A stretch of DNA of 64,000 nt, from the NCBI GenBank assembly GCA_963662465.1, contig OY759599.1, positions 6,976,001 to 7,040,000 of the forward strand. Reading direction: 5' to 3'. Shown one piece after another: positions 10,523 through 21,872 of this stretch. How positions within the stretch are numbered: the first letter of the stretch is position 1; every line of letters starts with the position of its first letter. The notes beneath the pieces were generated by a model, which saw only the letters and a list, made by a program, of their open reading frames with translations, was not told where the DNA came from and ran no database searches. The stretch is from Desulfatiglandales bacterium. Lineage in GTDB: Bacteria > Desulfobacterota > DSM-4660 > Desulfatiglandales > Desulfatiglandaceae. The position numbers were made by a program, and so were the translations under genes.

Positions 10523-11358
10523 AAGCAGGTGTGTCCCTTCGACCCAAAAAGCGGCTGGGCCAGAATTTTCTGGTGGATCCGGCCCTCAGCGACAAAATCG
10601 TGTCCCTTTCGGGATTTGCCGCTGAAGATACGGTTTTGGAAATCGGACCGGGAAAGGGCGCCTTGACCCTGCCTCTGGCAGGACGGGTGAGACATGTGGT
10701 GGCCGTTGAAAAAGATGTCGATATGGTGGACTGGCTCAAACACAGACTTTTTGAGGCCGGCGTCAGCAATGTGACATTGCTGCATGAGGACATTCTTAAA
10801 GTGGATTGGGGTGCTCTCAGAAGTCATTTTCCCGGAAAAATCCGAGCCATCGGCAATCTGCCCTACAATATTTCATCTCCTGTTCTGGAGAGGATGTGCC
10901 GGCGCCACCAATGGATGGGGCGGACGATTCTCATGTTTCAACTGGAAGTGGCGGAGCGTTTGGCCGCTGTTCCGGGAACGAAAGCCTACGGGGCACTGAC
11001 CCTCCTGGTGCAATACCATGCCCGGGTCGTGCGATTGCTTAAGGTCTTTAAGGGGTCTTTTTTTCCCGTGCCCAAGGTGGATTCCATGGTGGTTTCCCTC
11101 GATTTTGAAAAACCCTATCCCGAGCGGGCGGTTCATGAGGCATTTTTCAGGAAAGTGGTCAAGGGGGCCTTTGCTCACCGAAGAAAGACCCTCATCAATT
11201 CATTGAAGGGGGCGTTGCCGGATCAAACCCGTGAATCTTTGATAACGGCCATGGCGGCAAGCGGCATAGATCCGGGGAAACGGGGGGAAGTTCTTGAAAT
11301 GGCCGATTTTCTGAGGTTATCGTCCGCCCTCTCCATTGACAAGGAAATGACCAAATGA
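10501..11358 (+). CDS. rsmA: 16S rRNA m6,2A dimethyltransferase
   Basis: KKRLGQNFL, EIGPGKG, GNLPYNISS, F.PVPKVDS. Confidence 0.96.
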   Translation: MAFVGSLKAGVSLRPKKRLGQNFLVDPALSDKIVSLSGFAAEDTVLEIGPGKGALTLPLAGRVRHVVAVEKDVDMVDWLKHRLFEAGVSNVTLLHEDILKVDWGALRSHFPGKIRAIGNLPYNISSPVLERMCRRHQWMGRTILMFQLEVAERLAAVPGTKAYGALTLLVQYHARVVRLLKVFKGSFFPVPKVDSMVVSLDFEKPYPERAVHEAFFRKVVKGAFAHRRKTLINSLKGALPDQTRESLITAMAASGIDPGKRGEVLEMADFLRLSSALSIDKEMTK

Positions 11359-11421
11359 TATTAATTTATGTTACGCAAAAAACAACCTACATGAAAATGG
11401 GTTCGCTGGAAGGATTTCTCC

Positions 11422-12270
11422 ATGAAAGTCATTGAAACCGTTGAACACATGCAACAGGCCTCCGATGCCATGCGGTTGGCGGGAGAGAGCCTGGCGCTGG
11501 CGCCCACCATGGGCTTTCTTCACGAGGGTCATCTCGCCTTGATGCGAGCGGGAAAAGACCATTGCGACCGGCTGATTGTGAGCCTTTTTGTCAATCCCAC
11601 GCAGTTTGGTCCCAATGAAGATTTTGAGGCTTATCCCAGGGATACCGAGGGCGATCTCAAAAAAGCCGAGAGTGTTGGGGTCGACATCATGTTTATGCCG
11701 TCCGCCGGGGCAATGTATCCCCGGGGCGCACAAACCAGCGTGGTGGTGAAGGACCTGCCGCGTCATTTATGCGGTCTCTCCCGGGCCGGACATTTTGACG
11801 GCGTTACCACCGTTGTGGCCAAGCTCTTTCATATCGTGAAGCCCCATGTGGCGGTTTTTGGACAGAAGGATTACCAGCAGTTGGCCGTTATCAGCCGGAT
11901 GGTCATGGACCTCAATATGGATGTTCAGATCATGGGCGTTCCCACGGTACGGGAACCGGATGGATTGGCCATGAGTTCCCGGAACAGCTATCTGAACCCG
12001 GAAGAACGAAAATCGGCCCTTTCCCTTAAAAAATCCCTGGATCTGGCCGGAAAACTTTTTAGCGAAGGAGAAAGGGGCGCTGAAGCCGTGAAGGCGGCGG
12101 TTCGATCCCTTATCCTGGGGCATTTGTTTACCGAAATCGATTATGTCTCCCTGTGCGACCCCGTGACCCTGGAGGATGTGGATACCCTTTCAGAAGGCAC
12201 ATTGCTGGCGCTGGCGGTGCGGGTGGGAAAAACCCGGTTGATTGATAACGGCCGGTTGAAAAAAATATAG
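11422..12270 (+). CDS. panC: Pantoate-beta-alanine ligase
   Basis: PTMGFLHEGH, FGQKDYQQ, DGLAMSSRN, TRLIDN. Confidence 0.97.
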   Translation: MKVIETVEHMQQASDAMRLAGESLALAPTMGFLHEGHLALMRAGKDHCDRLIVSLFVNPTQFGPNEDFEAYPRDTEGDLKKAESVGVDIMFMPSAGAMYPRGAQTSVVVKDLPRHLCGLSRAGHFDGVTTVVAKLFHIVKPHVAVFGQKDYQQLAVISRMVMDLNMDVQIMGVPTVREPDGLAMSSRNSYLNPEERKSALSLKKSLDLAGKLFSEGERGAEAVKAAVRSLILGHLFTEIDYVSLCDPVTLEDVDTLSEGTLLALAVRVGKTRLIDNGRLKKI

Positions 12271-12316
12271 CGTTAACGGGCCATGACGCGCCCATTTTAC
12301 GTAAAGGAGAACTTTT

Positions 12317-13480
12317 ATGAAGAGCGCAAACTTTTTGTTTACTTCGGAGTCCGTGACCGAAGGGCACCCGGACAAGGTGGCTGACCAGATATCTGATCAT
12401 GTTTTGGACGAGATTTTCAAACAGGACCCCAAATCCCGGGTGGCCTGCGAGACTTTGGTGACCACCGGAATGGCCATGATTTCCGGAGAAATTACCACCA
12501 CCGCCTATGTGCATATGCCGGAAATTGTCAGGGAAACCATCAGGGATATCGGATACAAAAATTCCTCCATGGGGTTTGACTGGGAAACCTGCGCTGTGCT
12601 GTCCACCATTGACAAGCAATCTCCGGATATTGCCATGGGGGTTGACGGAACGGGCCTCTTTAAGGAGCAGGGGGCCGGGGATCAGGGGCTCATGTTCGGG
12701 TATGCCTGCAAGGATACCGATGTTCTGATGCCCATGCCTATTTATCTGGCCCACGGTCTCACCAAGCGTTTGGCCCATGTGAGAAAATCCGGCCAATTGC
12801 CATGGCTCAGGCCCGACGGGAAGAGCCAGGTGACCGTCGAGTATGAGGATGGAAAGCCCATCAGAATTCACACGGTGGTCATCGCGGCCCAGCATAGCCC
12901 GGACGTGGATTACGACACCCTCAGGGAAGCGATTATCGAAAAGGTCGTCAGGAAAGTGATTCCGGAGCATATGCTGGATGAATCCACCCAGTATTTTATC
13001 AACACCACCGGCCGTTTTGTGGTGGGGGGGCCCCAGGGGGACTGCGGTCTGACCGGTCGCAAAATCATCATGGATACCTACGGCGGGTTCGGCTACCACG
13101 GCGGCGGCGCCTTTTCCGGAAAAGATCCGTCAAAGGTGGATCGAAGCGCCTCTTATATGTGCCGCTATGTGGCCAAAAACATCGTGGCGGCGGGGCTGGC
13201 TGAAAAGTGTGAAATCCAGGTGGCCTATACCATCGGTCGTGCTGATCCGGTGTCCGTGATGGTGGGCGCTTATAGCACCGGAGTGCTGTCTAGTCCGGAA
13301 CTTACACAGATTGTCAAAAAGGTATTTGATTTCAGGCCGGCGGCTATTATTGAACGTCTGGATCTGCTTCGGCCCATTTACCGCAAGACGTCCAATTACG
13401 GCCATTTCGGGCGTGAGCTGCCCGAATTTTCCTGGGAAAAAACCGATATGGTGGATACCCTTAAAAGTGCCGTTAAATAG
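12317..13480 (+). CDS. metK: S-adenosylmethionine synthetase
   Basis: [28 protein letters not shown]. Confidence 0.98.
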   Translation: MKSANFLFTSESVTEGHPDKVADQISDHVLDEIFKQDPKSRVACETLVTTGMAMISGEITTTAYVHMPEIVRETIRDIGYKNSSMGFDWETCAVLSTIDKQSPDIAMGVDGTGLFKEQGAGDQGLMFGYACKDTDVLMPMPIYLAHGLTKRLAHVRKSGQLPWLRPDGKSQVTVEYEDGKPIRIHTVVIAAQHSPDVDYDTLREAIIEKVVRKVIPEHMLDESTQYFINTTGRFVVGGPQGDCGLTGRKIIMDTYGGFGYHGGGAFSGKDPSKVDRSASYMCRYVAKNIVAAGLAEKCEIQVAYTIGRADPVSVMVGAYSTGVLSSPELTQIVKKVFDFRPAAIIERLDLLRPIYRKTSNYGHFGRELPEFSWEKTDMVDTLKSAVK

Positions 13481-13514
13481 GACAACGCGATGTTAATGCA
13501 TAAAAAAACCATAA

Positions 13515-14852
<1,338 letters not shown>

Positions 14853-14907
14853 TACGATTGCGGATTTCGGATTGCGGATTTTAACATGCGATAATTAGGA
14901 GTGCTCC

Positions 14908-16002
14908 ATGTCGGAAGATGTTTTTCGTCGTTTGCAGGAACAGTTGGATCAGTATTCCGTGGGGTTTCCCGCCACTGAATCCGGTGTGGAAATTGAAATT
15001 CTAAAAACGCTTTTCACCGAAGACGAAGCTGAATTGTACCTGAAAATGAGCCTGATGCTGGAAACGCCTGAAAGTGTGGCCGGTCGCTTGAAACAGGATG
15101 TTGCACCGGTGGCGTTACTGCTTGACGGTATGGCTGAAAAAGGGCTGTTGTTTCGGGTGCGAAAAGGCAGTGAACCCAAATATGGGGCCGCGCCTTTTGT
15201 GGTGGGCATCTACGAATTTCAGTTGAAGACCATGGATGTCCATCTGGCCCGGCTTTTCGAGGTGTACTTTGAGGAGGCTTTTTCCGAACAGGGTTCGCGG
15301 CAGACCGTACCCATGCGGACCATTCCCGTGAACAAGTCCATCGGCGTTTCATGGAATGTGGCCCCTTACGAGGATGCTCGGGAGATTATCAAATCCAAAG
15401 ACCGTCTCGCGGTGGCCAACTGCATTTGCCGGACGCAGCAGGGGCTTTTGGGCCAGGCCTGCGACAAACCGGTGGAGGTCTGTTTTCTGGCCGGGTCTCA
15501 TGGGGCCTACTATGTGGATCGCGGCATGGGCCGGTGGGTGACCCATGCGGAGGCCCTGGAAATTCTGGATCAGTGTGAGGCGGCAGGGCTGGTGCCCCAA
15601 CCCTTTAATGCCGTCAACCCGGGGGGATTATGCAACTGCTGCGGCGACTGCTGCGGTATGCTTCGGGCTTTGAAAAAGCACCCCCGGCCCGCGGAAATGG
15701 TGGTGGCCAACCATTTTGCCCGGGTGGATGAGGACCTGTGTGTGGGGTGTGAAATCTGTCTGGATCGTTGTCAGATGGATGCCATTGCCATGGGGGACGG
15801 GGGGACGGCACAGGTGAACCTGGATCGGTGCATCGGCTGTGGGTTATGTGTGACCACCTGCGAGGTTGAAGCGATGACGCTTGTCCCCAAATCTAAGGCA
15901 GATCGCCGTGAACCGCCCGCCAAGGCCCAGCTTACCCTCATGGAGTTGGCCCAAAAGCGGGGAAAATCGCTGGTGCCTCTTGCGGTCATGAGGGGGGCAT
16001 AA
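14908..16002 (+). CDS. 4Fe-4S binding protein
   Basis: CICR, CNCCGDCC and two CxxCxxCxxxC motifs. Confidence 0.88.
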   Translation: MSEDVFRRLQEQLDQYSVGFPATESGVEIEILKTLFTEDEAELYLKMSLMLETPESVAGRLKQDVAPVALLLDGMAEKGLLFRVRKGSEPKYGAAPFVVGIYEFQLKTMDVHLARLFEVYFEEAFSEQGSRQTVPMRTIPVNKSIGVSWNVAPYEDAREIIKSKDRLAVANCICRTQQGLLGQACDKPVEVCFLAGSHGAYYVDRGMGRWVTHAEALEILDQCEAAGLVPQPFNAVNPGGLCNCCGDCCGMLRALKKHPRPAEMVVANHFARVDEDLCVGCEICLDRCQMDAIAMGDGGTAQVNLDRCIGCGLCVTTCEVEAMTLVPKSKADRREPPAKAQLTLMELAQKRGKSLVPLAVMRGA

Positions 16003-16014
16003 GGAAAAAGACCC

Positions 16015-16980
16015 ATGTTTAAAACAAAAATCACCGAAATGCTCGGCATCCGGTATCCCCTCGTGGGTGGAACCATGATGCATCTTTCCACTGCTGAGTT
16101 CACCGCTGCCATCTCCAATGCCGGCGGTCTGGGGGTGCTGGCGTCTGCTATCTATCAGAACCGGGAGGCGTTCGCAGGGGCCCTGGACCGGCTCTTTGCA
16201 CTGACGGACCAGCCCTTTGCCGTGAACCTCAACCTGTTTCCCATGATGCGTCCCATCGACAACAACGACTATCTGGATGTGCTGCTGGAAAAAGGCGTTA
16301 AAATTGTGGAAACATCGGGGCATTCGGCGCCGGAGGCGCTTTGCGCCCGCTTTAAAGCGGCGGGTCTTACATGGATTCACAAATGCGTGGGGGTTCGCTA
16401 TGCCCTGAAGGTGCAGGACATGGGCGCCGATGCGGTAACGATGGTGGGGTATGAAAACGGCGGCGCAACGGGGAAATTGGACGTGGGAACCTTTGTGTTG
16501 GTTCCTCGTGCCGTGGAAAGTCTGCACGTTCCGGTCATCGGTGGGGGCGGTGTTTCAGATGGCAGGGGATTGACGGCGTTGCTGGCCCTGGGCGCGGAGG
16601 GAGTGATTCTGGGAACCCGGCTTCTGGCCACAACGGAGGCCCCCATTCACGACAACCTGAAACAGGCGTTGATCAATGCCGGTGAACTGGATACCATGCT
16701 GGTCATGCGCTCCATCGGCGCCACCCACCGGGTATGGAAAAACGCCGCGGCTCGCCGCTGCGTGGAACTGGAGGTGGACCAGGCGTCATTGCCGGAAATC
16801 CTGAATGTGACTACGGGAGAAAAAGCCAAACGCATGTACCGTGAAGGGGATATTAATCTGGGGATTATTTCCTGCGGCCAGGGGATCGGCATGGTTCATG
16901 ATATTCCTAACGTGAAGGACCTGTTTGACCGAATGATGCGGGAAGCCGGGCTTGTGGTCAGTCGGTTGGCCGCGGATTAA
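16015..16980 (+). CDS. Nitronate monooxygenase / FabK-like flavoprotein
   Basis: SNAGGLG, PVIGGGG..DGRG..A.LALGA.GV..GTR. Confidence 0.88.
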   Translation: MFKTKITEMLGIRYPLVGGTMMHLSTAEFTAAISNAGGLGVLASAIYQNREAFAGALDRLFALTDQPFAVNLNLFPMMRPIDNNDYLDVLLEKGVKIVETSGHSAPEALCARFKAAGLTWIHKCVGVRYALKVQDMGADAVTMVGYENGGATGKLDVGTFVLVPRAVESLHVPVIGGGGVSDGRGLTALLALGAEGVILGTRLLATTEAPIHDNLKQALINAGELDTMLVMRSIGATHRVWKNAAARRCVELEVDQASLPEILNVTTGEKAKRMYREGDINLGIISCGQGIGMVHDIPNVKDLFDRMMREAGLVVSRLAAD

Positions 16981-17051
16981 ATCCCATCATATTTACTCTC
17001 TTTCCCAATTCGTTCTGTCTGCTCGGCTAAAGAATAGCCACGGAGGCACGG

Positions 17052-17570
17052 ATGCCCATGAATGCTGTTCCCGAAATTCTCATAAAAACCGGATATATTC
17101 CCGGCGTAATCGGTCGGATTTCCGAACTTCATGGGACTTATTACCACCAACATTGGGGGTTTGGGCTATATTTTGAGGCAAAGGTCGCCACCGAACTTTC
17201 GGTGTTTTTGCGGCGATTCGATCCGAACTGTGATGGAATTTGGCTTGCAACTCAAGATGGTCAGGTCGAAGGTTCAATTATCATAGACGGTATTCATGCT
17301 GAAAATGAAGGCGCTCATCTACGGTGGTTCATCGTATCCGATGCTCTGAGGGGAAAAGAGGTGGGCAGGAAGCTCATCAACAGCGCAATGGATTTTTGTG
17401 GGCGTAAGGGCTACCAAAGGACATATCTTTGGACTTTCGAAGGACTTGCTGCGGCGAGGCGCCTGTATGAAGCGGCAGGCTTTGAACTCATCAAGCAACA
17501 AAGCGGCAATCAATGGGGCGTTCTTGTTAACGAGCAATATTTTGAATTCAATTTAAAAACCTGCGGTTAG
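17052..17570 (+). CDS. GNAT family N-acetyltransferase
   Basis: LRWF....RG..VG and LWTF.GL.AAR.LYE..GF. Confidence 0.88.
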   Translation: MPMNAVPEILIKTGYIPGVIGRISELHGTYYHQHWGFGLYFEAKVATELSVFLRRFDPNCDGIWLATQDGQVEGSIIIDGIHAENEGAHLRWFIVSDALRGKEVGRKLINSAMDFCGRKGYQRTYLWTFEGLAAARRLYEAAGFELIKQQSGNQWGVLVNEQYFEFNLKTCG

Positions 17571-17673
17571 CTGTTAGCTTTTAGCAATTAGCCGTTAGCC
17601 AAAAGATTACAATGAGTTGCATAAGAACATCTCATTTTTTAAGCTAACAGCTAACAGCTAACAGCTAACAGCT
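17565..17673. repeat. Inverted heptamer repeat hairpin, (GTTAGCT)n ... (GCTAACA)n
   Basis: ggttagctgttagcttttagc.. faces aagctaacagctaacagctaacagctaacagct. Confidence 0.85.
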
Positions 17674-17681
17674 TCATTTTC

Positions 17682-18272
17682 ATGGTAAAAATGAAAAAAA
17701 GATGCGAATGGTGCGGAGACGATCCCCTCTACGTGGCGTACCACGATGACGAATGGGGTGTTCCGGTTCATGATGATCGGCGGCTGTTTGAAATGCTGGC
17801 GCTGGAGGGCGCACAGGCCGGTTTGAGTTGGTTGACGATCTTGCGGAAACGAGAGGGGTACCGCAAGGCATTTCATGGCTTTGACGTCGAGAAAATCGTT
17901 GAATATTCACAACACGATATCAAACGCCTGCTTGCGGATTCCGGTATTGTACGCAATCGTCTCAAGATCGAATCCGTCATCCGGAACGCACGGGCTGTCT
18001 TGGCTGTTAAGAAGGAATTCGGGTCTCTGGACGCTTTTCTCTGGCGATATGTCGATGGCGTTCCCCGGCAAAATGCCTGGCGGTCAATGACGGAATTGCC
18101 CGCACATACGGTTCAATCCGATGCCATGAGCAAAGATCTTAAAGGCCGTGGATTCAACTTCGTAGGCCCGACAATCTGCTATGCCTTTATGCAGGCCGTG
18201 GGCATGGTCAATGACCATACGACGGATTGTTTCCGATATCGAGAAATTGAGGCTGCCCGGCAAGACCGTTGA
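17682..18272 (+). CDS. tag: DNA-3-methyladenine glycosylase I
   Basis: RC.W, YHD.EWG, LEGAQAGLSW, GPTICYAFMQAVGMVNDH..C. Confidence 0.96.
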   Translation: MVKMKKRCEWCGDDPLYVAYHDDEWGVPVHDDRRLFEMLALEGAQAGLSWLTILRKREGYRKAFHGFDVEKIVEYSQHDIKRLLADSGIVRNRLKIESVIRNARAVLAVKKEFGSLDAFLWRYVDGVPRQNAWRSMTELPAHTVQSDAMSKDLKGRGFNFVGPTICYAFMQAVGMVNDHTTDCFRYREIEAARQDR

Positions 18273-18354
18273 AGACGGCACGGCCATGATGTGCGGTTTT
18301 TGTTAACCCGTTGCAATGTAATGGATAGGCAGTTCTATCCAGGGAGAAAAAAAT

Positions 18355-18708
18355 ATGTCAACCGAAAACGTGCCTCAGGGGCCGGATACGATCGTAGGTT
18401 CCATCGAAAACCAGGCCGATCCTTCACAGCGCGTCGATATCAAATATTTGCAAGAGGATAATGCCTTCGTGACCTCGGGGATTCAAACCCATTTCGCGGA
18501 GAAAGAAATTTTTATTCCGGCTTATCTGGTGGTCACGGATTTTCAACTCATAGGCGCCATTGTATCTGAAATACTGGAAAAACTCTCCCTGGCCCGGGAG
18601 GGGGAAACCACCTTCGATTATGTTCCCCGGTTTCAGGTGTTGGACAAAGTCTACACCCTTGTGGATGCGGGAGAATACATGAAGCTGTCGGTGGCGGAAC
18701 CGGCGTAA
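18355..18708 (+). CDS. Hypothetical protein
   Basis: 117-aa ORF with RBS (GGAG); family not recognised. Confidence 0.7.
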   Translation: MSTENVPQGPDTIVGSIENQADPSQRVDIKYLQEDNAFVTSGIQTHFAEKEIFIPAYLVVTDFQLIGAIVSEILEKLSLAREGETTFDYVPRFQVLDKVYTLVDAGEYMKLSVAEPA

Positions 18709-18731
18709 ACCTTTTCATCGTAAAAAGAGGA

Positions 18732-19394
18732 ATGTTGGTGGCTGAAGAAAGCGTTGTTTTCGAATCCGGGGGTTTGAAACTGGAAGGGCTTATGGACCGG
18801 GTTCAGTATGGTGCGGGGGTGGTGGTAACGCATCCACACCCCCAATACGGCGGAAGCATGCACAACAATGTGGTGGAATCGTTGGTAAAGGCCTATGGAA
18901 AGGCAGGCTATGCGACCCTTCGCTTTAATTTCAGGGGGGTTGGGAGAAGTGAAGGCCGATATGATGAAGGCGTTGGGGAACAGGCGGATGTCCGTGCGGC
19001 GGTCAAATACCTGAGGGATCTGGGCATGTCTTCCATCGACCTGGCTGGGTACTCCTTTGGGGCATGGGTCAATGCGCGTGGCATAAAGGATGTAAATGAT
19101 GTTGCCCGAATGATCATGGTTTCTCCGCCCGTGAATTTCATGGATTTTTCGTTTTTGGAATACAGCGCCAAAATTAAGCTCATCATTGCCGGCGAAAAGG
19201 ACGACATTGCGTCACCGGATATGATCCGAAAAATGCTTCCAAAGTGGAACAAAGAGGCGGTTTTTCACATCATTCGTGGGGCGGATCATTTTTATGGGGA
19301 TAAAACCGATGAAATAGAGGCGATTATCGGGAGCTTTTTGAGGCAGGAAGCGCCGGTCGCTGTTTTGTCGACGGAAAACCCTGGATGGCTTTGA
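18732..19394 (+). CDS. Alpha/beta hydrolase
   Basis: HPHPQYGGSM.N, RFNFRGVG.S.G, GYSFG, GADHF. Confidence 0.92.
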   Translation: MLVAEESVVFESGGLKLEGLMDRVQYGAGVVVTHPHPQYGGSMHNNVVESLVKAYGKAGYATLRFNFRGVGRSEGRYDEGVGEQADVRAAVKYLRDLGMSSIDLAGYSFGAWVNARGIKDVNDVARMIMVSPPVNFMDFSFLEYSAKIKLIIAGEKDDIASPDMIRKMLPKWNKEAVFHIIRGADHFYGDKTDEIEAIIGSFLRQEAPVAVLSTENPGWL

Positions 19395-19413
19395 GTCTTT
19401 AGGCATTGTGAGG

Positions 19414-19571
19414 CAGTTATCAGTTGTCAGTTATCAGCGCTGGAGGTTGTTTTAAAATTTGAGGACTTGGGAGTATGGAAGAGCGCTTCACCACGCAATG
19501 CTCGTGGGACTCAGCAAATCCCTTCTGAAAATAAATCGATATCAATACGCCGTTACTGACAACTGATAACT
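19414..19571 (+). pseudogene. Internally deleted four-helix-bundle gene remnant between inverted heptamer repeats
   Basis: Perfect 17-bp IR agttatcagttgtcagt / actgacaactgataact; inside, GGAGG then FEDLGVWKSA, like the FEDLxVW N-terminus of four-helix-bundle proteins. Confidence 0.6.
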
Positions 19572-19609
19572 TTCTTGTTCTTTATGACAGAAAACCAGGA
19601 AATAATGCA

Positions 19610-20026
19610 CTAATACCAGGGACCCCACGGTCCCCATGGTCCCCACATGCCAAAATTCATTTGGGCATCCATATTGGACTGTGCGGCCCAGCGGTAGTCC
19701 TGGGCAATTTTTCTCTGGGCGGCCAGCTTTTGAAACTGCTGGTAAGATTTTTCGCTGCCCACATACATGCACTCGCATGAAGTGGCATCCGCATAATAGA
19801 AATAAAGTTTTCCATCGTGCTGTTGCGGTACCAGTTTGCGTTGGGGAAGTCCTTTCAATGCGGCTAGTTTTTCAGGCGTTTCGGCGAGCTTCATTTTGAA
19901 ACCCGAGGCGGCGAGCAGTCGTTCCATATCCATGGCATTTTGATTTTGAATGCCGGCGCATGACGCCAAAAGGGTTGATAAGGCAATTAGAACAGTGACG
20001 AAAAAGAGTCTTTTAATCTTGATCAT
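19610..20026 (-). CDS. Putative lipoprotein
   Basis: Signal peptide with lipobox LASC; C-terminal WGP repeats. Confidence 0.8.
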   Translation of the reverse strand: MIKIKRLFFVTVLIALSTLLASCAGIQNQNAMDMERLLAASGFKMKLAETPEKLAALKGLPQRKLVPQQHDGKLYFYYADATSCECMYVGSEKSYQQFQKLAAQRKIAQDYRWAAQSNMDAQMNFGMWGPWGPWGPWY

Positions 20027-20082
20027 TCTTCATTTCTCCTTATGCAGGCAGGTTTAAGAACAATGGCTCAGCGGTCTCAGGA

Positions 20083-20673
20083 TCAGGCGGTTGGCGGTTT
20101 CTGAAGCTTTGTTAAAACGATGTATTTATCCTTGAAGTCAACCCTGAACCTGTCGCCAACCGCAAACCCGGTTTCAATCAAGTGGCCTCTTGAAATATCA
20201 ATGCCTTCATCCGTGAATTTCACGGGGCTTGTTTCTCGATAGAGACCCTCTACTTCAATGTAGCGCTTGAGTTTATAGGCCAGATAGCCGATTTTTTGTT
20301 GAAGGGTTCGAAGCGAAATCCCCGCTTCCTGGCAGATTTTTTCCGCTTTTTTGTATTTTTGTATGAAAAAAAGCAACTGTTTGTCAGAGGTGAGGATTTC
20401 CTGTTTTCTGGGAAGCTCCGTGACTTTTTCTTCCCTGGCAACCGTTTCAGGCTTGGGCTCAGCATCCTTTACAGCGGCGATTGGTCCTGCTATCTCGGGT
20501 TGTATGGCTTTGACCGGTTTTTCCCCGTCAGGAAGAAGCTGCTTAAGGTCGTTATTCCATCGATCCCAATTTGGGAGGGCTTTTTCCAGATCTTCGTTCC
20601 AATGATCCCAAGTTTCCCAGTCAGTTTCTAAAGCGGCGTTCCCGGTACTCTCCTTTAGCTTTTCCTCTTCCAT
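20083..20673 (-). CDS. Hypothetical protein (possible HTH plus AbrB/SymE-like C-terminus)
   Basis: 196-aa ORF with AGGAG RBS; C-terminal GF.VGDRFRV. Confidence 0.65.
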   Translation of the reverse strand: MEEEKLKESTGNAALETDWETWDHWNEDLEKALPNWDRWNNDLKQLLPDGEKPVKAIQPEIAGPIAAVKDAEPKPETVAREEKVTELPRKQEILTSDKQLLFFIQKYKKAEKICQEAGISLRTLQQKIGYLAYKLKRYIEVEGLYRETSPVKFTDEGIDISRGHLIETGFAVGDRFRVDFKDKYIVLTKLQKPPTA

Positions 20674-20702
20674 TTTAAATCTCCTTTATCTTTGAAATGT
20701 TA

Positions 20703-20729
20703 TGGTGGAAGTGTATGGGGAATCAAACC
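20703..20729 (-). other. Degenerate tRNA 3'-end remnant (tRNA-Sec-like), possible att site
   Basis: Reverse complement GGTTTGATTCCCCATACACTTCCACCA resembles a T-arm + acceptor + CCA; lies at the core/accessory boundary. Confidence 0.55.
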
Positions 20730-21004
20730 TAGATCAATTAATATTAAAAATCCTTGCTGTGTAAAACTATGAATCAACAATATGCGCTAAATATGGACAT
20801 TAACATGCAATATGGTATAATATCAAGGTGTTTTTAGCCAAATGTTAGCTTTTTGTTAAAATGAAAACAAAAAACCGCTTGCTCTGTTAAATTCACGAGA
20901 GCGATGTGCGAAGCGTATTTATCTGGGGCGGAATCAGCGTAACCTGCCCGCAATCCTTAGCAATGTAAGGCAGGTGGGTTCGCCAAATTCGTGCCAAAAA
21001 AGCC

Positions 21005-21033
21005 TTGACAACCCCACTCCCTTTCCATAACAC
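21005..21033 (+). promoter_or_regulatory. Degenerate sigma70-like promoter of MarR leader module 1
   Basis: TTGACA-17-TAACAC; homologous to 36030-36058. Confidence 0.45.
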
Positions 21034-21052
21034 TCTTTTTATAAACAATCTC

Positions 21053-21190
21053 TATGAACAGGAAATACACTATCATCTCCTAATGTTCCTGACCTCGGAA
21101 ACGAACCTCTCCCAACGGAAAATGGCCAAACGGGTGGAGGTCAGTTTGGGTAAAATTGACTCTGTCAGTTCACGGAACTGACAGAGAAAT
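21053..21190 (+). pseudogene. Degenerate EPS-associated MarR regulator fragment
   Basis: YEQEIHY..L...SQRKMAKRVEVSLGK matches the copies at 36067 and 60704. Confidence 0.75.
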
Positions 21191-21231
21191 GCATCTTTTT
21201 AGGCCCCAAAATAGGCTGAAATAACGAGGTC

Positions 21232-21257
21232 TGTAATCCAAAGGGCGGAGCTGTATC
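21232..21257 (+). promoter_or_regulatory. ops/JUMPStart-like motif C (also ~22281, 27454, 35304, 36488; variants ~47003, 55468, 61144)
   Basis: TGTAAYCCAARGGRCGGAGCTGTATC recurs; resembles the CCAGGGGCGGTAGCGTG end of JUMPStart. Confidence 0.55.
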
Positions 21258-21355
21258 CCCCCAAAGCTAAAAAACCCATGAAATCCGTGCCAAAACAATA
21301 ACGCCAATAAGGAAATCCTGACCCCATGATTCTCATGGGTGTTCCTCCGGTTATC

Positions 21356-21628
21356 ATGATATTTGAGTGGGATGATGAAAAAAGCCGCAGCAACCAAATC
21401 AAACACGGCATTGATTTTGATACGGCGAGGGTATTATGGGATGACGGCAGTCGCGTTGAAATCCAAAGTCCGTATCCGCTTGAAAGTAGAAGTATTCTGA
21501 TAGGTAAAATAGACAGGAAACTATGGACTGCGATTTTCACGAGACGCGAAGGTGCCGTGCGAATTATATCAGTCAGACGGGCCAGAAAGCGGGAGGCAGA
21601 ACTCTATGACCAAAATAAAATTGGCTAA
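21356..21628 (+). CDS. BrnT family toxin
   Basis: FEWDDEK..SN..KHGIDF ... RIISVRRA. Confidence 0.9.
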   Translation: MIFEWDDEKSRSNQIKHGIDFDTARVLWDDGSRVEIQSPYPLESRSILIGKIDRKLWTAIFTRREGAVRIISVRRARKREAELYDQNKIG

Positions 21629-21872
21629 AACTATTGAGGAATTTGACCAGAGATTCGACGACGGTGAAGATATCCATGAATTGATCGATATGTCCGAGGC
21701 CAAGGTTCTTCGGCACGGTCGGAAGATTCGTATCACACTCGACGTGGCGGAAGACCTGGTTAGAGAAATCGATAGCATCAGAGATATGATAGGCGTGGAT
21801 CGAGGGGCCTTGATCAAGGTGTGGCTATACGAAAGGGTAAAACGAGAAAGAGACTTGAATGCCAAGGGTTGA
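21606..21872 (+). CDS. BrnA/CopG-type antitoxin
   Basis: EEFDQRFDDGEDI, GVDRGALIKVWL; overlaps the toxin. Confidence 0.85.
   Translation: MTKIKLAKTIEEFDQRFDDGEDIHELIDMSEAKVLRHGRKIRITLDVAEDLVREIDSIRDMIGVDRGALIKVWLYERVKRERDLNAKG

Noticed and set aside
12270..12317. SAM riboswitch before metK-ahcY
   Set aside because: The intergenic gap is under 50 nt and no aptamer motif is recognisable
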